Assembly (NCBI GenBank): GCA_001795735.1
Contig: MGKQ01000017.1
Location: forward strand, 3,326-67,325
Direction: 5' to 3'
DNA from: Candidatus Yanofskybacteria bacterium RIFCSPLOWO2_02_FULL_41_13
Lineage (GTDB): Bacteria > Patescibacteriota > Minisyncoccia > 2-02-FULL-40-12 > GWA2-44-9
Length of the DNA stretch: 64,000 bases
Shown here piece after piece: positions 48,508 through 55,160 of the stretch. A model generated the notes under the pieces. It saw only the letters and a list, made by a program, of their open reading frames with translations, was not told the origin of the DNA and made no database searches. The position numbers and the translations under genes are program-made. Numbering within the stretch: the stretch's first letter is position 1; every line of letters starts with the position of its first letter.

Positions 48508-48921
48508 ATGAGCAGCAAAAATAGGGCAGTAATTATTATAATAAATGACGATAAAATCCTTCTCTTGTATCGTCTTAAAAATGGGGAAGAATATTATGTA
48601 TTTCCTGGCGGTGGAGTTGAGGATGGAGAGTCAGTCCTGGATGCAGTTGTCAGGGAGGCAAAGGAAGAAACTGGTCTCGATGTAACGATAAAACTAAAGC
48701 TGTGGGAATATGAGAATAAAGATAGGGTAGAGCATTTCTTTCTGGCTGATAAGTTTAGCGGGGAATTAAAGATTGGTGGCCCTGAAGAAACAAGGCAGTC
48801 GGCAGATAATGTCTATCGACTCGAATGGGTGGCGCTTGATAAGGTTAGTGACTTAAAGTTAGTTCCGGAAGAGATGAAAACCAAAGTATTAAAGGAGCTT
48901 CTTGCTCAAGAATCTTCTTAA
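48508..48921 (+). CDS. NUDIX hydrolase
   Basis: GGGVEDGESVLDAVVREAKEETG Nudix box. Confidence 0.92.
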   Translation: MSSKNRAVIIIINDDKILLLYRLKNGEEYYVFPGGGVEDGESVLDAVVREAKEETGLDVTIKLKLWEYENKDRVEHFFLADKFSGELKIGGPEETRQSADNVYRLEWVALDKVSDLKLVPEEMKTKVLKELLAQESS

Positions 48922-48944
48922 TAAAAATTTCTTAGAGAAGGATC

Positions 48945-49505
48945 ATGAATATATTTGAAGAAAAAATAAAATTTGAGAAACTCTTGCTTGCTTATAAAGT
49001 TCCGGTTCTTACGGTGGCATATCACGGCAGTTTGCTCGGTCATGTTACACCCAAGAGTGACCTGGATGTAGTCTTAATAATAGAGGATATCACACCGGAT
49101 CTTTTTAGAAAGATAAACTCTATTACCAAAAAAATAAATGCCCATCTGGGTATTAGCATAGTTCCAGTTAGAGAAGCCGGAACAATCTTCGGTGGATTAA
49201 AATATTTGGATGCCCTATGTCGACACTACGGATCTGAAGATAAATATCCTTATGCATATTATAAAATTGCTACTCTCAATGAACAGTTCAGGCGCAGTGC
49301 CATAGAGATGAATCTTAAGAAGTGTGAGAATGTAGCTAAAATAATAACGAAAACCATAAATAATTTTTTAGGAACAAACTTTAAAATAAGCGTTAAAACA
49401 TTTGATTCTCTGGTCAACTCATTAGAAAAGAACTTGGGACTCTTTTATCGTCATGAAAAAATTAAGGTCGGCCGATATTCGGAAAGGGTAGAGACAGTTC
49501 GGTAG
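48945..49505 (+). CDS. Pol-beta-superfamily (minimal) nucleotidyltransferase-like protein
   Basis: YHGSL..KSDLDVVL motif. Confidence 0.7.
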   Translation: MNIFEEKIKFEKLLLAYKVPVLTVAYHGSLLGHVTPKSDLDVVLIIEDITPDLFRKINSITKKINAHLGISIVPVREAGTIFGGLKYLDALCRHYGSEDKYPYAYYKIATLNEQFRRSAIEMNLKKCENVAKIITKTINNFLGTNFKISVKTFDSLVNSLEKNLGLFYRHEKIKVGRYSERVETVR

Positions 49506-49527
49506 ATACTATTTATAATAAATTAAT

Positions 49528-50118
49528 ATGGATAGTTCTTCTTATAGCATTGCAATAATAAAACCGGATGCTCATAGAGATATGATGGCAGAGATGATTG
49601 GCCGGGATCTTGAAGAAGGTGGTCTGGATGTAATATTTAGGAAAGATATAGTTTTTTCTGAAGTGCAGGCAAAAATAATTTACCTAAAGGAACTAGAGGG
49701 CCATCCTAATTTATCCGGGGCAATTAAGAGTATTTTAGGGACAGAGAAGAATAACCTTAGTACCATTTTAATTCTAAAATCTAAAGAGGGCCAAAATGGG
49801 TTGGCTAAAGCAGTAAATATTAAGGGCAAAGTAGGCAAGGGAGGTATTAGGGCGAAATACAATCTTTATTCTCGTGAGGAGCTAGAGTCAGGGGGTTTTA
49901 CGGGTGATGAGTTGAGTAGTGAGTTAGCGAAGAACCGTCTTCATGTGCCTGATACTGATTCGGAGGCATTTGAAATCATGAGTATGTTGTTAACGGAAAA
50001 AGATAAAAATGAACTTAAATATAGGGAGCCTGAGTTATATAACGAGTTGGAGAGGATGATTAAAAGCAGGGAAGTAACACTTGAGCCTGAAAGGCCCAGA
50101 GAGTTGAAATCAAGATGA
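49528..50118 (+). CDS. Nucleoside diphosphate kinase-like protein
   Basis: SIAIIKPDA N-terminus, GIRAKY, NRLHVPD (catalytic His region). Confidence 0.7.
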   Translation: MDSSSYSIAIIKPDAHRDMMAEMIGRDLEEGGLDVIFRKDIVFSEVQAKIIYLKELEGHPNLSGAIKSILGTEKNNLSTILILKSKEGQNGLAKAVNIKGKVGKGGIRAKYNLYSREELESGGFTGDELSSELAKNRLHVPDTDSEAFEIMSMLLTEKDKNELKYREPELYNELERMIKSREVTLEPERPRELKSR

Positions 50119-50183
50119 AAAATAAATATTTTATTTCGACCACTCCGTATCTAGAGCGCGTTGGAAATTGTCAAAATTTGTGA
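50115..50183 (+). pseudogene. Abandoned metG 5' stub 2
   Basis: ATGA overlap with the upstream stop; translates MKNKYFISTTPY(L...*). Confidence 0.65.
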
Positions 50184-50195
50184 TAGAATTTGGCA

Positions 50196-51188
50196 ATGAG
50201 AAGGGTTGATATACAGGAGAATATCCTGAGAAATTTATATATAAATCAGCATCTCACCACTTATCAAATAGCTGAAAAGCTTGGTTTTTGCCAGGGAACA
50301 ATTTGGAAACGACTTCATGAATATAAAATAAAACCCAGGCTTTCTTATGTGCCCGTCGGTTTTACCGAGGAACAACTTAAAAAATGGTATGTAAGTCAGA
50401 AGCTTTCAACGTGGGAAATTGAGAAAAAGTTTGGATATCCTCGGGGTACTATATATAGGAAACTAAAAGAATTCGGTTTAAATACAAGGAATATAGCCTC
50501 ATCTCATATAAGGTTTTCTCGCCAAGATTTTAGCGGTGATATTCTGGAGAAGGCATATTTGGTAGGTTTTAGGATAGGCGACCTAAATATTACTAAGTGC
50601 GGTCCACAAAGCGAAACCATTGTGACCAAATGTGGGAGTACTAAAAAGGGACAGATAAGATTATTTAGAGATTTATTTTCACATTATGGTCATATTTTAC
50701 AAGGCAAGCTCACCAAAGAAGGAAAAATAAATATTCAAGTAAATCTCAATCTGACATTCTCTTTCTTACTTGCCAAAAACCCAAATAGCTATCAGTGGGT
50801 TTTTAATAATAAGGATACATTTTTTTCTTTTTTGGCTGGCTTTTCTGATGCAGAAGGATCGTTTTTTATATCTGAAGATAAAGCAGTTTTTGCTCTAGGC
50901 AACTATAACAAGATATTGCTCGCAAAAATTAGAAAGAAATTGTTTGAGTTAGGAATAGAGACTCCAGAGTTAAGCATTTACCACTCAAAAGGATTAAGAA
51001 GTAGCAATGGCTATATTAATAACGGCGATTATTTTACTCTCCATTGTAGTAGAAAGAAGTATTTGCTAAGGATTTTAGAGGAATTTAAGCAGTATTTGAA
51101 ACACCCCGATAAGTTAAAAACGATGGAAAAGTCACTTCAAAATATAATAGATCGTAATAAAAAGTACGGAGATTTAAGGATGGCATAA
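50196..51188 (+). CDS. Free-standing LAGLIDADG homing endonuclease with two N-terminal HTH-like repeats
   Basis: AYLVGFRIGDL and FLAGFSDAEGS motifs; repeats LY..QHLTTYQIAEKLG and WY..QKLSTWEIEKKFG. Confidence 0.8.
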   Translation: MRRVDIQENILRNLYINQHLTTYQIAEKLGFCQGTIWKRLHEYKIKPRLSYVPVGFTEEQLKKWYVSQKLSTWEIEKKFGYPRGTIYRKLKEFGLNTRNIASSHIRFSRQDFSGDILEKAYLVGFRIGDLNITKCGPQSETIVTKCGSTKKGQIRLFRDLFSHYGHILQGKLTKEGKINIQVNLNLTFSFLLAKNPNSYQWVFNNKDTFFSFLAGFSDAEGSFFISEDKAVFALGNYNKILLAKIRKKLFELGIETPELSIYHSKGLRSSNGYINNGDYFTLHCSRKKYLLRILEEFKQYLKHPDKLKTMEKSLQNIIDRNKKYGDLRMA

Positions 51189-51190
51189 TT

Positions 51191-52681
51191 ATGAGTAAAT
51201 TCTATATAACAACTGCGATTATTTATACTAATGGTCCACCACATTCAGGATTTGCTTTTGAATTGATTCAGGCCGATGTTTTGGCTAGATATCGTCGCTT
51301 ACTTGGTGATGACACCTTTTTCTTAACTGGTACAGATGAGCATGGCTCTACCGTGGTAAAGGCGGCTGAAAAAGCCGGCGTTGAGCCACAAATTTTTGTT
51401 GACAAAATCGCAAAACAAGTCCAAGAACTTATACGGATCCTTAATATTTCTAATGATGATTTTATTCGTACTTCTGATCAAAAACGACATTGGCCAACAG
51501 CTATGAAAATCTGGCAGTTAATTGAACAAAATGGTGACTTGTCTAAGAAAAAATATAAAGGATTATATTGTGTGGGCCATGAATCGTTTATTAAAAAAAC
51601 AGATTTGGTTAATGGTGTATGTCCATTGCACCAAACCGAACCGGAAGAGATTGAAGAAGAAAATTATTTTTTTAAGCTAAGTAAATACAAAAAAGAAATA
51701 AAGAGAAAAATTGAGAGTGATGAACTAAAAATTGTTCCAGAAACAAGAAAAACTGAGATTTTAAATTTAATTGAAGATGCAGAAGACGTTAGTTTCTCTA
51801 GGTCTAGATCAGTTTTAAAATGGGGGATTCCAGTTCCCAACGATCCGGAACAGACACAGTACGTATGGACAGATGCTTTGACAAACTATCTTTCCGCTCT
51901 TGGTTATGCCGATAATGACGCTCGCTTCAAGAAATATTGGCCTGCTGATGTGCATTTAATTGGCAAAGATATTTTAAGATTCCATGCATTATATTTTCCG
52001 GCCATGTTAATGTCCACGGGGCTAGAACTTCCCAAAGCTATATATGTTCACGGATTTATTACCATAGAAGGACAAAAAATGTCCAAGACAGTTGGCAACG
52101 TAATTGACCCCTTGGAATTAATAAAAAAATACGGAACCGATGTTGTGCGGTACTTCCTTTTGCGGGAAATTCCGTCGGGAGAAGACGGAGATTTTTCTTA
52201 TAAAAAACTAGAGGAAAGATACAATGGCGACTTGGCCAATGGACTTGGTAACTTAACTCAAAGAGTAGTAACTCTTATTGATACTAAGCTGAACGGTGAG
52301 CTAATATATAAATACTCTCTTGTTGAGAAAGAAGTTAAGAAAAAAACTGAGTATATTTTCAAAGAATATATCAAAAATATAGATAACTTTGCTCTGCATG
52401 AAGCCCTAGGCAGAGTTTGGGAGTTAATAGGCTACGGAGATAAATATATGGATGAGAAAGCTCCATGGAAGGCTATTAAGCACGACGAGGCCGAGTTTCT
52501 AAAAATAATGAACAATGCCCTCTACATTCTATACAACGTTGCATGGATGCTAGTCCCGTTTCTACCGGAGACAGCCGACAATATATTCAATGCCATGGGG
52601 GCAGACAGAGATGTAAAGTCTCTTGACGATTACAAATTCAAGGTACAAAAAACTGCAGGTTTATTTCCGAGGCTTCAATGA
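51191..52681 (+). CDS. metG: Methionine--tRNA ligase
   Basis: FYITTAI, PHSGF (HIGH variant), TGTDEHG, YVWTDAL, GKDILRFH, KMSKT. Confidence 0.96.
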   Translation: MSKFYITTAIIYTNGPPHSGFAFELIQADVLARYRRLLGDDTFFLTGTDEHGSTVVKAAEKAGVEPQIFVDKIAKQVQELIRILNISNDDFIRTSDQKRHWPTAMKIWQLIEQNGDLSKKKYKGLYCVGHESFIKKTDLVNGVCPLHQTEPEEIEEENYFFKLSKYKKEIKRKIESDELKIVPETRKTEILNLIEDAEDVSFSRSRSVLKWGIPVPNDPEQTQYVWTDALTNYLSALGYADNDARFKKYWPADVHLIGKDILRFHALYFPAMLMSTGLELPKAIYVHGFITIEGQKMSKTVGNVIDPLELIKKYGTDVVRYFLLREIPSGEDGDFSYKKLEERYNGDLANGLGNLTQRVVTLIDTKLNGELIYKYSLVEKEVKKKTEYIFKEYIKNIDNFALHEALGRVWELIGYGDKYMDEKAPWKAIKHDEAEFLKIMNNALYILYNVAWMLVPFLPETADNIFNAMGADRDVKSLDDYKFKVQKTAGLFPRLQ

Positions 52682-53469
52682 TTTTTGACTCTCACTGCCA
52701 TCCGCAGATGGAACAATATGATAAAGACCGAGAAGAAATGTTAAAACGCGCCCGCGAAGCGGGCGTTCTTATGATTTGCGTAGGGACAGATTTGGAGACC
52801 TCAAAGAAGGGGATTGAACTGGCTCAGAAAAATGATGGAATGTGGGCGACAGTCGGTCTACATCCGAACGATATCACCGATGGGTTTGATGTTATGGCGT
52901 ATCATAACATGTTGCTAGACTCAAAAGTCGTGGCGATAGGGGAGGTGGGGCTGGATTATTACCGTACTCCTGAACCGGGAAAACAGAAAAAACAAAAAGA
53001 ATTTTTTGAGCAATTCATAGATTTAGCCCAGAAAACAAAAAAACCATTGATACTTCATTTTCGCGATAGTTCCAAGGGAAGTTCAGGTAGGGTTCATAAA
53101 GATGCCATCAAGATTCTAGATTCTAGATTCAAAATTCAAAATTCTGGTCTTTGCGGCGTAGCCCATTCTTTTACGGGGAACATGGATGACGCAAAAAAAT
53201 ATCTGGATCTAGGTTTTTGTTTAGGATTTAATGGAATTTTAACTTTCACTAAACAATACGATGATGTAGTTAAATATATTCCGCTTGACCGGATACTTCT
53301 TGAAACCGACGCACCATTTCTTTCGCCTGAACCGTATCGTGGCAAAAGAAATGAACCGGCATATGTTGTCGAGGTTGCTAAAAAAATTGCGGAACTAAAA
53401 AATGAATCATTGGAAAAGGTAATTGAACAGACGACGAATAATTGTAAAAAACTATTTAAACTGGTATAA
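52678..53469 (+). CDS. tatD: TatD family DNase
   Basis: DSHCH, GLHP, IGEVGLDY, ETDAPF, RGKRNEP. Confidence 0.95.
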   Translation: MIFDSHCHPQMEQYDKDREEMLKRAREAGVLMICVGTDLETSKKGIELAQKNDGMWATVGLHPNDITDGFDVMAYHNMLLDSKVVAIGEVGLDYYRTPEPGKQKKQKEFFEQFIDLAQKTKKPLILHFRDSSKGSSGRVHKDAIKILDSRFKIQNSGLCGVAHSFTGNMDDAKKYLDLGFCLGFNGILTFTKQYDDVVKYIPLDRILLETDAPFLSPEPYRGKRNEPAYVVEVAKKIAELKNESLEKVIEQTTNNCKKLFKLV

Positions 53470-53501
53470 AAACCAGAAGCTCTTTTATTTGAAGAGGGGA
53501 A

Positions 53502-54107
53502 ATGAGATTAGTACTAGGAAGCGATTTGCATGGTAATTTACCGAAGGTGCCTAAGTGCGATGTATTAATTCTGGCAGGAGATATACTTTCTGAGACAGAC
53601 CAGGAATTATTTATAGAAAATAGTTTAGCGCCGTGGCTTGATCGGGCATCTGCCAAATATATTGTTGCTACCTGGGGTAATCATGATCATAAGCCATTCA
53701 AGCATTGGGAGCATCAATATAATCTGCGCTGGAATTTATTAATAGATAGGGGGATTATTATTCAGGGGCTGAAGTTTTATGGGACTCCCTGGTGTCTTCC
53801 GATTGGGCGTTGGGCGTGGCAGGCGCCTGAATATGTTCTTAAGAACATATATGCGATGATTCCTGACGATGTAGACATTCTTATTAGTCACTGTCCGCCA
53901 TATGGCATATGCGACTTAGCTAAAGATAGTAGTAAGTGCGGAAGCAAAGAACTGGTTTCACGGATGGAAAGTTTAGGGAATCTTAAATTCTTGGTTTGCG
54001 GCCATATCCATGAAGCACGTGGCAGTATGGGAAAAGTCTTAAATGTAGCCTGTCTCGACGAAAAGTATCTACTACGTCCCGACCCTTGGACTATAATTGA
54101 TGTTTAA
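53502..54107 (+). CDS. Calcineurin-like metallophosphoesterase
   Basis: SDLHG, AGD, GNHD, SHCPP, CGHIHE. Confidence 0.9.
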   Translation: MRLVLGSDLHGNLPKVPKCDVLILAGDILSETDQELFIENSLAPWLDRASAKYIVATWGNHDHKPFKHWEHQYNLRWNLLIDRGIIIQGLKFYGTPWCLPIGRWAWQAPEYVLKNIYAMIPDDVDILISHCPPYGICDLAKDSSKCGSKELVSRMESLGNLKFLVCGHIHEARGSMGKVLNVACLDEKYLLRPDPWTIIDV

Positions 54108-54128
54108 TCCCGCTATGGCGGGATTTTT
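54106..54128 (+). terminator. Intrinsic terminator
   Basis: AATCCCGC-TATG-GCGGGATT followed by a T-run. Confidence 0.65.
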
Positions 54129-54185
54129 GATTTTTGGGAGATTTTGAAGTATGCTTCCGGAAGTTCTCATGAATGGAGAGATATC

Positions 54186-54614
54186 ATGAAAGTGCTGATT
54201 CAGAGCTTTAGCTATAAAAGAACTGGTTACCCCAAAGACGAAACTGGTAAGGGTGGAGGTTTTGTATTTGATTGCCGGGCGATAGATGCTTATGATTATT
54301 CTAATCACGTTCCCGGCGCTCGCTATTCTCATATGCATCTTACTGGATTGGACGATAAGGTTGCAGACGCCCTTAATAGAGACACTGAAACTCAAGAATT
54401 TTTTCTAGCCGCTTGGACCATGGTTAGAATAGATATAGCCAAGAGTCTTAGACGTAATATACCCGTTATAACCGTTAACTTCGGATGCACTGCCGGTCAG
54501 CACCGTAGTGTTTACTTAGCTGAGGCTATGGCTAGATTGATAAAGCAGAATTATCTGGAAGTAGAGGCAGAGTTAGTTCATCTGGAAAAATCACATTGGC
54601 CGAAGGGAGCCTAA
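54186..54614 (+). CDS. RapZ C-terminal-like domain protein
   Basis: SFSYK..GGGFVFDCR, LTGLD, FGCTAGQHRSVYLAE. Confidence 0.85.
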   Translation: MKVLIQSFSYKRTGYPKDETGKGGGFVFDCRAIDAYDYSNHVPGARYSHMHLTGLDDKVADALNRDTETQEFFLAAWTMVRIDIAKSLRRNIPVITVNFGCTAGQHRSVYLAEAMARLIKQNYLEVEAELVHLEKSHWPKGA

Positions 54615-54668
54615 GTCGAGGTAACTCGGCTTTTTGATTTTTAGGCTAAATTTGGTTATAGTCTTTAT

Positions 54669-55049
54669 ATGAAAAAAGAACAACTCCAAGAATCGGAAAG
54701 ACAGAATTTGGCTGAATATTTAGAAAAAAATTCTAATGTTGTGATTGATAAAGATAAGCTTAATGAAGAAATAATCCGCATAGCTATGTCCATGAAGGGC
54801 ATGCTTGGTTATTATGATAGTCGCGATGTTAAATTTTCGGTTGATGGGTATGACTTTGTATATTTTAATAATGAAGGGGATCTTTTGCACGTGAAAATAA
54901 AACCGGAAGAGGTGTTAGATTTAGAAAAAGCGGGTAAGATTCACGAGAGTGATGAATTGGAGGAAAAATTAAAGGAGTTGGGTTTTGAACTTGATCAATC
55001 AGAAAAATTCAGGTCAGCTCTTTGGCGACAACTGAATCCACCTAAGTAA
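54669..55049 (+). CDS. Acidic hypothetical protein
   Basis: 126-aa ORF with TATAGT 6 nt before the ATG. Confidence 0.65.
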   Translation: MKKEQLQESERQNLAEYLEKNSNVVIDKDKLNEEIIRIAMSMKGMLGYYDSRDVKFSVDGYDFVYFNNEGDLLHVKIKPEEVLDLEKAGKIHESDELEEKLKELGFELDQSEKFRSALWRQLNPPK

Positions 55050-55160
55050 TTGAAGTATAATCCAAATAAAATTGAGAGAAAATGGTCCCGATTTTGTTCA
55101 AGCATAGCTTGATTACAAAATCGAGGATCCGCGATTCGCGAAGCGAATCGGGACAGAAAT
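55050..55160 (+). pseudogene. Abandoned leuS 5' stub interrupted by a palindromic element
   Basis: TTG-KYNPNKIERKW | element | QK(Y), versus real start MKYQPSKIEKKWQKY. Confidence 0.75.
55086..55153 (+). mobile_element. 68-bp two-armed palindromic element (copy D)
   Basis: TCCCGATTTTG..CAAAATCGAGGATCCGCGATTCGCGAAGCGAATCGGGA. Confidence 0.75.
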
